Shown: positions 54,387-64,000, counted from the stretch's first letter. The stretch: 64,000 nucleotides of DNA from Syntrophales bacterium (GCA_040767195.1 JAXGPA010000005.1:32001-96000), one strand, 5' to 3'. A program made the numbers and translations. The notes: generated by a model from the letters alone, not told the origin.

Positions 54387-55837
54387 TTCTTCCCTTTGGG
54401 GACGGTCCCTCGATTCTTCACGGGGTTACGAGAGGGGACATCGCCCGATTCCTGTTCCTTCCGGATGGATTGAAACTTGCCCATGGTTTCCCCCCGTCTT
54501 TCGATTTTGTCGACGAGGGTGACGCGGACGGACGGCGCTTCCACACCGAGAGAGGCCAGTTCCCGTTCCAGGAAGTTTCGGATTTTGCCGGGGATGTCCT
54601 TTTTCCCCGGGCCGTCGCCGGCGACCACCCGGACCCGGAGGGTCTCGCCGTGCTGAACGACCTGGTATTCCTTCACCTCCTGCAGTTCGTCCAGGTAACC
54701 CCGGAAAACGATGGGGGGAACAGCGATTTTTCCGCCCGCCGTCCCTTTCAGGAAAAGCGTCTCGTCGTTCCGGCCCTCGATGGCCTTGACGAGGCGGAAG
54801 GGGCGTCCGCAGGGGCAGGGGCGGGGAGACAGGGTGAGGATGTCGGAAATCTCGTAGCGGATGAGGGGTTGTGTGTATTGGTAAAGATTGGTGAAGAAAA
54901 TTTTGTGTCCCCGCTGACCCGCCGGGACGGGCTTTCCCTCTTCATCGACGGTTTCGTAAATTCCAAGATCCTCGAAGAGGTGAATTCCCTGGTGCCGGGT
55001 ACAGGCGATGCCGAGAACGCCCTCGGTGGCGCTGTAACTGTTGAAAGGGATGATGTTCCAGGCCCGGCGGATTTTTTCGACGGTTTTCCCCGGCAGGGGT
55101 TCCGCCCCAGTGACCATGACCCGCGGCGAAATACGAAGCCGCCCGGCGGTCTGCTCATGGGCGAGAAGGGAGGCCACCGATGGGTAGGTGTGAATGTATT
55201 CGGGCATGAAGGCGTTCATTTCCCTGACCAGGTCTTCCAGGGGCGCCGTCGCCTCGAGGCGCTGATAGAAACGATGATCCACCTCCCGGCTGATGGCCCG
55301 TCGATAACTCAGGTGAAGGGGGTTGCCCGCGCCGATGGAGGTGATCCGCATTTTCCGATCCGCCGGGAGATCCATGAAGCGGGAGGCCCGGGTGACGCTT
55401 CCGTGTAGGTGCCGCCATAGGAGGCGGTCGTAGAGAAAGACGCCCTTGTGGCCCGAGCTCCCCGCCGTGGTCAGGACCCGGTATTTCCCCAGGTAGTAGT
55501 CGTCTTCCCTGAGCGTCTCCATGTAACGCCTGATCTTCTCGAGCCTGAGCCGGCGGTCCGTCACGACCTCGTCGAAGTGCTCCATGATAAGGGACTTGGT
55601 GACCGGGGGAAGGTCTTCCAGCGTCGAGCCGGGCCCGATTCCACGGGACCGGTAAAGATCCCTGTAAAATGGGGAGTGATTCACGGCGTGAGACACGAGG
55701 TCGTGAAGGGCTTTCTCCTGGTGGCGCCGGAGGGTCTCGCCGTCCCACCATTCGCGGGCCTTGAAGACCGGTTCCATGGCTCTCGCCCCCTCGACGTCTT
55801 CCCGCCTTTTTTTTCTGTTTTCCTCTTGCGTTGTCAT
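54383..55837 (-). CDS. PaaK/coenzyme F390 synthetase-like adenylate-forming enzyme
   Basis: HSPFYR, LPPVTK, TAGSSG P-loop, YSATE, PLIRYEISD, CPCGR, IEGR. Confidence 0.85.
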   Translation of the reverse strand: MTTQEENRKKRREDVEGARAMEPVFKAREWWDGETLRRHQEKALHDLVSHAVNHSPFYRDLYRSRGIGPGSTLEDLPPVTKSLIMEHFDEVVTDRRLRLEKIRRYMETLREDDYYLGKYRVLTTAGSSGHKGVFLYDRLLWRHLHGSVTRASRFMDLPADRKMRITSIGAGNPLHLSYRRAISREVDHRFYQRLEATAPLEDLVREMNAFMPEYIHTYPSVASLLAHEQTAGRLRISPRVMVTGAEPLPGKTVEKIRRAWNIIPFNSYSATEGVLGIACTRHQGIHLFEDLGIYETVDEEGKPVPAGQRGHKIFFTNLYQYTQPLIRYEISDILTLSPRPCPCGRPFRLVKAIEGRNDETLFLKGTAGGKIAVPPIVFRGYLDELQEVKEYQVVQHGETLRVRVVAGDGPGKKDIPGKIRNFLERELASLGVEAPSVRVTLVDKIERRGETMGKFQSIRKEQESGDVPSRNPVKNRGTVPKGKK

Positions 55838-56067
55838 GGTGAAATTATACTTGCCGGGACTGGAAAAATCAAAAAAGGGCTTCGCTGGTAAAATGTCGCC
55901 GATCTTTAGCCTTTTCAAGAGGCCGCCGATGGAGTAGAAAGAAAAGCGGCGCCCGGGGTTTTCCAGCGGAACGGGAAGAGCTCGGCGCGGCGGCGGAGGC
56001 AGGGGCGTCGGTCCGGGCGGCCCCGGGGAGTTGAATGAAAAATTTCATGCGGGAAAACGGAGCAGGA

Positions 56068-57051
56068 ATGGACTGTGAACTCATCGTCGGCGGCGCGGGA
56101 TACGTCGGTTCCCATGTGAACAAGTACCTTGCGGGGAGGGGCCACCAAACGGTGGTTTACGACAACCTGGTATACGGTCACCGGGACTTCGTAAGGTGGG
56201 GGGACTTCGTGGAGGGGGACCTGGCGGACCTTGAAGCCCTTCGATCCTGTTTCCGTCGTTATCCTATCCGGTCTGTCATGCATTTCGGCGCCTTCGCCTA
56301 TGTGGGGGAGTCCGTTTCCGATCCCGGGAAATACTATCAGAATAACGTGGCCAACACCCTGAACCTGTTATCCGTCACGCGGGAGTTCGGCGTCCGTTTT
56401 GTCATCTTTTCGTCAAGCTGTGCCGTTTACGGGATACCCCGGGAGATCCCCCTGACGGAAACCCATCCAACGGACCCCATCAACCCTTATGGGCGGACCA
56501 AGCGGATAATCGAGATGGCCCTCGAGGACTACGCCCGGGCTTACGGGATAAGGTACGTGAATCTTCGTTATTTCAACGCCGCCGGCGCCGATCCGGAGGC
56601 GGAAATCGGCGAGTGGCACGACCCGGAAACGCATCTCATTCCCCTGGTTCTCGAGGCGGCCCTGGGCCGCAGGGAAGACGTGAAGATTTTCGGGACGGAC
56701 TACGAAACGGCCGATGGAACCTGCATTCGGGACTACATTCACGTCATGGACCTGGCCGCGGCCCACGCCCTGGCCCTGGAGAGGCTGATCCGCGGCGGTG
56801 GGAGCGACACCTTCAACCTGGGAAACGGAAAGGGCTTTTCCGTCCGCCAGGTGATCGACGCGGCCCGGCGGGTCACGGGGAAAGACATCCCGTCCCGGGA
56901 GGCGCCCCGGCGGGACGGTGACCCCCCGGTCCTTGTCGGGAGTTCCGACAAGGCGAGGCGCGTCCTGGGCTGGGAGGCACGGTACGACGACCTGGAAACC
57001 ATCGTCGAGACGGCCTGGCGGTGGCAGCAGGTCCTGGAGTCCCGCCGGTAG
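56068..57051 (+). CDS. galE: UDP-glucose 4-epimerase
   Basis: GGAGYVGSH, VGESV, FSSSCAVYG, YGRTK, LRYFNAAG, DGTCIRDYIHV. Confidence 0.93.
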   Translation: MDCELIVGGAGYVGSHVNKYLAGRGHQTVVYDNLVYGHRDFVRWGDFVEGDLADLEALRSCFRRYPIRSVMHFGAFAYVGESVSDPGKYYQNNVANTLNLLSVTREFGVRFVIFSSSCAVYGIPREIPLTETHPTDPINPYGRTKRIIEMALEDYARAYGIRYVNLRYFNAAGADPEAEIGEWHDPETHLIPLVLEAALGRREDVKIFGTDYETADGTCIRDYIHVMDLAAAHALALERLIRGGGSDTFNLGNGKGFSVRQVIDAARRVTGKDIPSREAPRRDGDPPVLVGSSDKARRVLGWEARYDDLETIVETAWRWQQVLESRR

Positions 57052-57121
57052 GGCGTTCAGGAGCGGATGATCCGGGTCCGGACGGGCGGGAATGAGAAGG
57101 CCGTCATTTATGATCGGCTGC

Positions 57122-57499
57122 TCATCGGGCGGCAAGGGGCGTAACGATGTGGAAGACACCCCCGTCGGTGTAGAAAAAGATCTCGTGGCCCGTCACATCC
57201 AGGCTTTTTCCCTCCGGAAGGGCAACGGGAACGATTTCCACCGCCTCGATCCGGTGCCAGAGATTTTCCACCTGGATGCGGACGACCATCCCGTCCGGGT
57301 TCCGCTCGTAAGGCACCTGGTAGGCATCGAGGACGTGGGTCAGAAAACGGTTTTTTAATGCCGTCACCTCCACCCCCCGCTGCTCCAAAGCCCGGATCTG
57401 ACCGTAACCGTCGGCGCGGTCCGCGGCGGGAGCAAGGGCCGGGAAAGAAAGACATACGAAAAGGGACACGAGGCAGGCCAAAAGCAGCTTTTTTCTCAT
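57122..57499 (-). CDS. Hypothetical exported protein
   Basis: Signal peptide; ATGA overlap with the upstream gene. Confidence 0.7.
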   Translation of the reverse strand: MRKKLLLACLVSLFVCLSFPALAPAADRADGYGQIRALEQRGVEVTALKNRFLTHVLDAYQVPYERNPDGMVVRIQVENLWHRIEAVEIVPVALPEGKSLDVTGHEIFFYTDGGVFHIVTPLAAR

Positions 57500-58239
57500 G
57501 ACAGGGATCCTTCCTTCACCCTAAATTCTCCCAATCCCCTCTCTCGCGACGAATCCCGGCGGCTCGTGTTTTCCGGGGCCTTTGGCCGTAACTCCCCGGT
57601 GATCCTTTTTCGTGTTCCCGCGGCGTCGGTAAAGACGGCGGACAGGACGTCCCAGCGCCCGTTCTCGAGGGCCAGCCTGATCCGGACATCCGTTTCCCCT
57701 TTCGGCCCTTTCACGTGGATTTTCAGGTCCGCCGTGCCCCGCCCCCGGCTTGTCTGAACCGATCCGGCGGGAAACAGCCCGAAGCGCAGGGGGCTTCCCA
57801 CGGCCTCCCGGATTTCTTCACTGTTCCGGATGAACGACTCGGCCGTCCGGTAGGCTTCCGACGCCTTGACGACGTAAAGGATTCCCGCGAGGAGGCCTAT
57901 GGTCAGAAGAACCATGAGGATCAGTCCCGTGACCATGAACCGGAGGACTTTCCCTTTCGCCGGGGGGATCTTGGTCTTGCTTTCGGGAGCGGCGGGTTTT
58001 TTTTCTTCCCCGAGAGGCTGAGCGTAAAGGGGGGCGCGGCATTTGACGCAGAGATCCTGACCCGCCTGCTCGTAGCCGCAGGCGGGGCAGCGGACTTTTT
58101 CCGGGGAGGGCGCGGTGGCGCCCACGTCTATCGTTGTCCGGTACCCGCAGTGCCGGCAGGTGACGGCGATGGAGGGCCTTCGCCACCTGCGCTGCCTCAC
58201 CTCGTTTACTTTTCCGCAATTGGAACAGATGATGATCAT
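57496..58239 (-). CDS. Zinc-ribbon plus TM plus Coa1-like domain membrane protein
   Basis: Four CxxC pairs, one TM helix, SEAYRTA...EAVGSP...G.ADL.IHVKGPKG. Confidence 0.72.
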   Translation of the reverse strand: MIIICSNCGKVNEVRQRRWRRPSIAVTCRHCGYRTTIDVGATAPSPEKVRCPACGYEQAGQDLCVKCRAPLYAQPLGEEKKPAAPESKTKIPPAKGKVLRFMVTGLILMVLLTIGLLAGILYVVKASEAYRTAESFIRNSEEIREAVGSPLRFGLFPAGSVQTSRGRGTADLKIHVKGPKGETDVRIRLALENGRWDVLSAVFTDAAGTRKRITGELRPKAPENTSRRDSSRERGLGEFRVKEGSLS

Positions 58240-58475
58240 GGTAACCTTTTACCTGGTTTTTTCCTGTTCCCGGGTTCGTGGTGCCCTGTTCAGAAAATTA
58301 ACACAAACGATTTCAACAGGCAAGCGCTTCCCGGGAAAAGCGGTGGGGGAGACGGGGGAAAGATCTTGCGGTGACGGCCATGTTCCATTATAGTTGTCGA
58401 ACATGTAAAAATGTCTTGTTGTGTTTTTCAGGAAAAGCCGCACCGGTTGTACAATTCAGCTTTGAGGAGAAACCC

Positions 58476-58889
58476 ATGAGCGGCAGAATGGTCCGTGTCC
58501 TGCTGGCGAAATTCGGAAAAAGCGACGAGGGGGACCTGTGGCGGATGGCGAGAAATATCCGCGATGCCGGCGAGGAAGCCATATACACGGAGTCCCAGAA
58601 ACCGGAGGTCATTGTCGGCGCCGCCGTCCAGGAGTCGGTGGACTACATCGCCATCGCCGCTTCTCCCGGAACGGATCTTTCCCTGTTCAGGCGGGTCATG
58701 GAGCTCCTGCGGAAGGCGGAAGCGACGGATATCTTCGTGTCGGCGGGCGGCGAGCTCAGTGAAGAGGAACAGGAATTTCTGAAGAGGGAAGGCGTTCACT
58801 CCTTTTTTCCAACCAACGGGGATCACGACGATCTCGTCGACTGGATCCGGGGTCATTTCACGGAACCGCTCGACCCCCCCGTTTCCTGA
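58476..58889 (+). CDS. Cobalamin-binding-domain-like protein (acyl-CoA mutase small-subunit fold) lacking DxHxxG
   Basis: RVLLAK.G, RDAGEEAIYT, PEVIVGAAVQE.VD, AGG, EGVHSFFP; GAGGAG RBS. Confidence 0.75.
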   Translation: MSGRMVRVLLAKFGKSDEGDLWRMARNIRDAGEEAIYTESQKPEVIVGAAVQESVDYIAIAASPGTDLSLFRRVMELLRKAEATDIFVSAGGELSEEEQEFLKREGVHSFFPTNGDHDDLVDWIRGHFTEPLDPPVS

Positions 58890-59694
58890 GGGAAATAAAG
58901 CGAACCGTTTTGACCGACGCCAGAAGGAGGGCGCCCACGAGGATGATTGCCGCTCCCGACGGAAGGTTAGTGATGTAGGAAACGGCCAGTCCCGCCGTGC
59001 ACATGACCGTTCCCGTCAGCGCCGAGAGACCCATGAGGCCCGGGAAACGAATGGTAAGTTCCCGCGCCACCGCCACGGGAAGCGTGAGAAGGGCGAGGAC
59101 GAGGATGATCCCCACCACCTGGATCAGGGTCACGATGGTCAGGGCCACGAGCACCAGAAGTCCCGAGTGAAGCGCCTTTACGGGCAGGCCTCTCGCCTGG
59201 GCGAATTCCTCGTCCAGGGCGATGGCGACGAATCCCCTGAAAAAGATGAAGACGGAAAAAAGGACCACCGTTGCGAGAGCGGCTGCCAGGAGGAGGTCCG
59301 ACCGGGGAACCAGCAGGATGTTGCCGAACAGGAAGGTCATGAGATTGGGCACGTATCCCGGGGTCAGCTGGATGAAGACGATCCCCAGGGCCATCCCGAC
59401 GGCCCAGAGAATGCCGATGTAAAGGTCGCTCTCCTCCGTTTCCTTCCTTCCTGAAAAAGCGAGAGCCAGGGCGGCGAGAAGGGTGAACACCAGGGCTCCG
59501 TAAAGGGGGTTCACCCCGAGCCAGAAGGCGATGCCCATGCCCCCGAAGGCCGAGTGGCTCATGCTTCCCCCGATGAAAACCATTTTCCGGGTGACCACGA
59601 AGGGGCCGATGACACCGCACAGGAGGCTGGCCAGAACACCGGCCGCCAGGGCGTTCTGCATGAATTCATAGGACAGAAGGTTCGGGAGAGGCAT
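58858..59694 (-). CDS. znuB: Zn/Mn ABC transporter permease
   Basis: SHSAFGG, FLFGNIL, DEEFA, VGIILV, LPSGA. Confidence 0.9.
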   Translation of the reverse strand: MPLPNLLSYEFMQNALAAGVLASLLCGVIGPFVVTRKMVFIGGSMSHSAFGGMGIAFWLGVNPLYGALVFTLLAALALAFSGRKETEESDLYIGILWAVGMALGIVFIQLTPGYVPNLMTFLFGNILLVPRSDLLLAAALATVVLFSVFIFFRGFVAIALDEEFAQARGLPVKALHSGLLVLVALTIVTLIQVVGIILVLALLTLPVAVARELTIRFPGLMGLSALTGTVMCTAGLAVSYITNLPSGAAIILVGALLLASVKTVRFISLRKRGGRAVP

Positions 59695-60450
59695 CTATCG
59701 ATTCCCGCCGCTGTCGTGGTCCCGGAGGAGGGTGTGGGGAATGCCGTGGCCGAGAAGCGCCACGGGACACCCGTAAAGCATCTCCAGGGTGTGGCTGTCC
59801 AGTTCCCCCTGTCCGTGGAGAAAGGTCTTCCTGTTGACACACAGGATGTGCTTGTAGGTTCGGGCGAAGGGCGTCGGGTCATGGGTTACGACAATAACGG
59901 CCATATCCTTGTTCAGCCTTTCCAGGAAGTCCAGGAGGCTTTCCCGGGCGGTGATGTCCATGGACGCCGTGGGCTCATCGAGGAAGAGAACCAGGGGGTC
60001 GGAGACCAGGGCCCTGGCGATGAGGGCCCTTTGAAGCTGCCCCCCGGACAGGCGGGCGATCCGCTCTTCCCTTTTTTCCTGAAGCCCGACGTTTTCAATC
60101 ATCTCGAGAGCCCGCTCCCGGTGGGACGGGTGTTTCGCGGAAAGATAGGTGCTTCCGCTCACCAGGCCCGTCAACACCATGTCGAGAACGGAAATGGGGA
60201 AATTCCTGTTCAGGGTGGCGTACTGGGGCACGTACCCCATTCTTTCGGCGAGCCCCTGCCGCAGGGTGACGGAACCGCTCCAGGGTTTTTCGATCCCCAG
60301 GATCAGCTTGAGGAGCGTCGTCTTCCCGCCGCCGTTGGGGCCGATGACGAGGATGTAATCTCTTTCCGTGATCCGGAAGGTCACGTTTTCGAGAACGGGG
60401 TGCTCCTCGTAGCCGAAGGTGACGTCCCGGAGCTCGACGAGGGTTTTCAT
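59695..60450 (-). CDS. znuC: Zn/Mn ABC transporter ATPase
   Basis: GPNGGGKTT, GYVPQ, LSGGQLQR, LDEPT. Confidence 0.9.
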   Translation of the reverse strand: MKTLVELRDVTFGYEEHPVLENVTFRITERDYILVIGPNGGGKTTLLKLILGIEKPWSGSVTLRQGLAERMGYVPQYATLNRNFPISVLDMVLTGLVSGSTYLSAKHPSHRERALEMIENVGLQEKREERIARLSGGQLQRALIARALVSDPLVLFLDEPTASMDITARESLLDFLERLNKDMAVIVVTHDPTPFARTYKHILCVNRKTFLHGQGELDSHTLEMLYGCPVALLGHGIPHTLLRDHDSGGNR

Positions 60451-61376
60451 CGGAGGGTCCTTTGCAGCGCCTCGGAGAACCGCTTCAGGTTTTCCAGCCA
60501 GTCTTTTTCCAGGGGGTCCATCTCCACGACTTCCCCGCCCGTTTCCCCGGCGATGAGCCGGGCGCTTTTCGTATCGAAGCCCTTCTGGACGAAAATGACG
60601 GGGATGTCCTTTTCCCGGGCGAGATCGATCATCGCCCGGATCCGGGAGATGGGGGGCGTTTTGCCTTCTTCTTCCAGGGCGATCTGCTCGAGGCCGTACG
60701 CATCGGCGAAATACCCCCAGGCGGGATGGTAGACCATGAAGGAAAGGCCTTCCTTTCCCCGCAGGGTGTACCGGATTTCCCTGTCGAGGCTGTCGATTTC
60801 GGCCTGGAAACGGTCCCGGTTGGCCTGGTAGAAGCCTTCGCCGGCGGGGTCTATTTCGGAAAGGGCCTTTGAGATCCGCCCGGCGGCGGCCCGGACAATG
60901 GCGGGGGAAAGCCAGACGTGCGGATCCGGTTCACCGTCCCCGTGATCGCCGCTGTCGCCCCTTTCACCCTTTCCATCCGCCCCGTCTTCGTGCCGGTGTG
61001 ACGTTTCTCGCCGGAAAGAGATGCCTTCGGAGAGGCTTATCACCCGGATGTCCCTGTTTCTTTTCAGAAGGGGGTCGACGTATTTTTTTTCGAAGATGAA
61101 GGACGGAACGCCGACCTTCACGTAGAGGGCCGACTGTTCCAGGCCGATCATCTGGCGGGGGGTCGGTTCGTACGTGGCGGGTGATGAGAACCGGGGAACC
61201 ATGGTCTGGACGACGACCCGGTCTCCCCCGATCTTCTCCACGAAAAAGGCCTGGGGCGGAACGCTCACGGTTACGGGAATTTTTTTTATTTCACAGGCAC
61301 CGCTTCCGGGAAATGCAACCAGAAAGAGGGTGGTCCAAACCGCGATGAAGAAACCCGTTTTGGCGGCGGCACCCAT
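60447..61376 (-). CDS. znuA: Zn ABC substrate-binding protein
   Basis: YEPTP, His/Asp-rich loop, DPHVWLSP, YHPAWGY. Confidence 0.9.
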   Translation of the reverse strand: MGAAAKTGFFIAVWTTLFLVAFPGSGACEIKKIPVTVSVPPQAFFVEKIGGDRVVVQTMVPRFSSPATYEPTPRQMIGLEQSALYVKVGVPSFIFEKKYVDPLLKRNRDIRVISLSEGISFRRETSHRHEDGADGKGERGDSGDHGDGEPDPHVWLSPAIVRAAAGRISKALSEIDPAGEGFYQANRDRFQAEIDSLDREIRYTLRGKEGLSFMVYHPAWGYFADAYGLEQIALEEEGKTPPISRIRAMIDLAREKDIPVIFVQKGFDTKSARLIAGETGGEVVEMDPLEKDWLENLKRFSEALQRTLR

Positions 61377-61380
61377 CGTT

Positions 61381-61830
61381 TCATTCCTTTCGGCGGGAGG
61401 AGCAGGGCCTGCTGCACCGCTCGCAGAGGCCCGTCAGGCTGATGACGAGGTTTTTGAAGGAGAACGCCTCGGGGAGGGTGATCCACCGGTTGACCGATTC
61501 CATGGAAAGAGGGGCCAGGCAGGTCATGGATCGGCAGCAGGTGCAGTAAAAGTGAGGATGAAAGGGATTGTGCCGGCAGGCTATCTCGTAGTAGTTGGTC
61601 CCGGAAGCCGTAGGGATTTCCCGGACAAGCCTCTTGTCCCGCAGGGTGTTCAGCGTGCGGTAGATGGTCGCCCGGTCCATTTTCAGCCCTTCCGCCACGA
61701 GGTCGTTCACCGCCACGGGTGCCGCCGCCCCGATGAGCGCTTCCAGCACGGCGATCCGTGGCGCTGTCCTGGAAAGCCCCTTTTCACGGAGAAGTTCCGT
61801 GGGATCGCACTGTTCGTCCATGGGAACCAT
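61381..61830 (-). CDS. zur: Fur-family regulator, probable Zur
   Basis: TAPRIAVL, ATIYRTL, HPHFYCTCC, GLCERC; leads the znuACB operon; start at 61830 or 61821. Confidence 0.82.
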   Translation of the reverse strand: MVPMDEQCDPTELLREKGLSRTAPRIAVLEALIGAAAPVAVNDLVAEGLKMDRATIYRTLNTLRDKRLVREIPTASGTNYYEIACRHNPFHPHFYCTCCRSMTCLAPLSMESVNRWITLPEAFSFKNLVISLTGLCERCSRPCSSRRKE

Positions 61831-61850
61831 TTAATATTCTGTATCATAAA

Positions 61851-61875
61851 TGCAATTAGTTTGCAAATATTTGCA
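61851..61875. promoter_or_regulatory. Overlapping Zur-box-like palindromes
   Basis: TGCAA-N5-TTGCA (61851-61865) and perfect TGCAAATATTTGCA (61862-61875). Confidence 0.65.
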
Positions 61876-61948
61876 GAAAGGTCGATTTTTTTCCCTGTCG
61901 GTGTTATGAACACGGCAAAATGACGATTATGGCTCAAGGAGACGTAAC

Positions 61949-64000
61949 ATGACGGTCTTGCACCATTTCGATAAAGCGGGGGAGCGGGAAATCCCGGAAC
62001 TGGCCGCCCGGGGGTCCTGGTACCGGCACCGGCAGACGGGCGCGGAGGTCCTTTCCATGGAAACAAGGGATGAAAACAAGGTTTTCGGGGTCACTTTCCG
62101 GACGCCCCCCGCCGACGGAACGGGCCTGCCCCACATCCTCGAGCACGCCGTTCTCTGCGGCTCCCGAAAATATCCTGTCAAGGAACCCTTCGTCGAGATC
62201 CTGAAAGGATCGCTTCAGACGTTCCTCAACGCCTTCACCTATCCCGACAAGACCTGCTATCCCGTTGCGAGCCAGAATCTCAAGGATTTCTACAATCTTG
62301 TCGATGTTTACCTGGACGCCGTGTTTTATCCCCGCCTTTCCCCCCACATCTTCAGTCAGGAGGGCTGGCATTACGAACTGGAGAACGAGGAAGGGCCCCT
62401 GGCCGTCGGGGGGGTCGTCCTGAACGAGATGCGGGGCGCCCATGCCTCTCCGGAGCGTCAGCTGGGCGTCTGGTCCCAGAAATCCCTTTTCCCCGACACG
62501 CCCTACGGGTTCGATTCGGGGGGGGATCCCGAAGAGATACCCCGGCTGACCTACGAAAAATTCATCCGGTTCCACCGCACCTTCTATCACCCCTCGAACG
62601 CCCGGTTCTTTTTTTACGGCGACGACGATCCGGAAAAGCGCCTCTCCATCGTTCACGAATACGTGAAAGACTTCCGCCGCCGGGACGTTCCTTCCGGGGT
62701 TTCCCTCCAGAGGCCCTTTTCGTCGCCCCGGCGGGTCGTCCGGCCCTTCCCCGCCGGGAACGGGATGGCAGCGGCACCCAAGGGGTTCATGACCGTGAAC
62801 TGGCTTCTTTCAGAAACGGGGGATGTGAATCTGAACCTCGCCTTCCACGTTCTTTCCCATATCCTTGTCGGTATGCCCGCCTCGCCGCTCCGGAAGGCCC
62901 TCATCGACTCGGGACTGGGAGAGGATCTCGCCAGTTCAGGCCTGGAGGGGGAACTCAGGCAGCTCTATTTTTCCGTCGGTCTCCGGGGAATGGACCCCGG
63001 GCGGGAGAAGGAGCTGGAGACCCTTATATTCGGGACCCTGGACCGTCTCGTCCGGGACGGCATCGATCCCGCTACCGTGGAGGCCTCCCTCAACACGGTG
63101 GAATTCCGCCTTCGGGAGAACAACACGGGAACGTACCCCCGGGGTCTTGTTCTCATGCTCCGGGCCCTCACCACCTGGCTGTACGACGGCGATCCCTTTC
63201 TTCTCCTTTCCTTCGAAGGACCTCTGGCCGCCCTCCGTTCGGCCCTGGAGAAGAACCCCCGTCACTTTGAAGAACTCATCGCCCGGTGGCTCGTTGACAA
63301 CCGCCACCGGAGCACGGTCCTTCTCGTTCCCGAAGAGGGGCTTGCAAGGAAGGAGGAACAGGCGAGGGAGGACGCCCTTCGCCAGGAGCTGGGACCGATG
63401 AACCGGGAAGAACGGGCCGGAATCATCGCAGAAACGGAAAAACTCCGGGAGGCGCAGAACACCCCTGACCGGCCGGAAGACCTGGCGACGATTCCCGTCC
63501 TCCGCCTGGACGACCTGGACCGCCGGGGCCGGGACATCCCCCTCTCGATCGTGAACCGGGCGGCCCCGACCCTTCTTTTCCATGACATCCAGACGAACGG
63601 GGTCTGCTACGTCGATCTGGCTTTCGACCTCTCCGTCCTTCCCGACGCGCTCCTGACCTGGGTTCCCCTCTTCGGCCGGGCCCTTCTCGAGTCGGGAACG
63701 GAACGGGAGGACGAGGTGCGTCTTTCCCAGCGGATCAGTCGCCTGACAGGGGGGATCCGCACCGCTTTCGTCGCGTCCCAGGGAAGGGACGGGAACGGCC
63801 CCGTCCTCCGCCTCGTCCTTCGCGGAAAAGCCCTGGAGGACAAGATCCCCCACCTGTTCGCCATTTTTGAGGACATCCTCACCATGCCCCGCCTGGATAA
63901 CCGGGAACGTTTCAGGAAAACGGTCCTGGAGCAGAAGGCCCGGATGGAGCAGACACTCATCCCCTCGGGGCACCAGTTCATCAACACCCGTCTTCGCTCC
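61949..64000 (+). CDS. M16C (presequence protease/insulinase family) zinc peptidase, truncated by the window end; absent from the supplied ORF track
   Basis: Manual translation: MTVLHHFDK...FRTPPADGTGLPHILEHAVLCGSRKYPVKEPF...FLNAFTYPDKT (HxxEH); AAGGAG RBS. Confidence 0.93.
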   Translation, partial: MTVLHHFDKAGEREIPELAARGSWYRHRQTGAEVLSMETRDENKVFGVTFRTPPADGTGLPHILEHAVLCGSRKYPVKEPFVEILKGSLQTFLNAFTYPDKTCYPVASQNLKDFYNLVDVYLDAVFYPRLSPHIFSQEGWHYELENEEGPLAVGGVVLNEMRGAHASPERQLGVWSQKSLFPDTPYGFDSGGDPEEIPRLTYEKFIRFHRTFYHPSNARFFFYGDDDPEKRLSIVHEYVKDFRRRDVPSGVSLQRPFSSPRRVVRPFPAGNGMAAAPKGFMTVNWLLSETGDVNLNLAFHVLSHILVGMPASPLRKALIDSGLGEDLASSGLEGELRQLYFSVGLRGMDPGREKELETLIFGTLDRLVRDGIDPATVEASLNTVEFRLRENNTGTYPRGLVLMLRALTTWLYDGDPFLLLSFEGPLAALRSALEKNPRHFEELIARWLVDNRHRSTVLLVPEEGLARKEEQAREDALRQELGPMNREERAGIIAETEKLREAQNTPDRPEDLATIPVLRLDDLDRRGRDIPLSIVNRAAPTLLFHDIQTNGVCYVDLAFDLSVLPDALLTWVPLFGRALLESGTEREDEVRLSQRISRLTGGIRTAFVASQGRDGNGPVLRLVLRGKALEDKIPHLFAIFEDILTMPRLDNRERFRKTVLEQKARMEQTLIPSGHQFINTRLRS

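Noticed and set aside
61934..63973. Supplied ORFs near the right end
   Set aside because: Antisense or out of frame to the real M16C peptidase starting at 61949

Overview
GC-rich bacterial chromosomal segment with about 47 protein-coding genes. Gene content (tungsten-type aldehyde:ferredoxin oxidoreductase, Ptb/Buk, DapL pathway, anaerobic sulfatase maturase, c-di-GMP-I riboswitch) suggests an anaerobic deltaproteobacterium (Desulfobacterota/Syntrophales-like); this is an inference. From left to right: a TetR-controlled acyl-CoA catabolic cluster (CoA-transferase III, BrnQ-like carrier, enoyl-CoA hydratase) with three palindromic operators; CzcD; a CBS protein; AOR; a nitroreductase; a riboswitch-controlled secreted protein; dapF-dapL-purF-carA-guaA-carB-SGNH; an HUH (RAYT-like) transposase bounded by 23-bp inverted repeats; lepA-hemW-hemolysin III-acyltransferase; glnHPQ with a divergent KamA-family aminomutase; typA; an orphan lasso-leader-type peptide next to a formyltransferase; a Tat-lipoprotein sulfatase plus its maturase; LysR with ptb-ptb-buk-acyl-CoA dehydrogenase; an operon of DUF2760 plus two atypical Hsp70s; envelope genes; galE; zur-znuACB; and an M16C peptidase that runs off the window end. 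No rRNA, tRNA or CRISPR array was seen. The best candidates for novelty are the membrane-anchored DUF2760/dual-Hsp70 module, the orphan RiPP-like precursor with its formyltransferase, the KamA variant with an altered substrate pocket, and the IR-bounded HUH element. All family calls come from motif recognition by eye; no database search was run.
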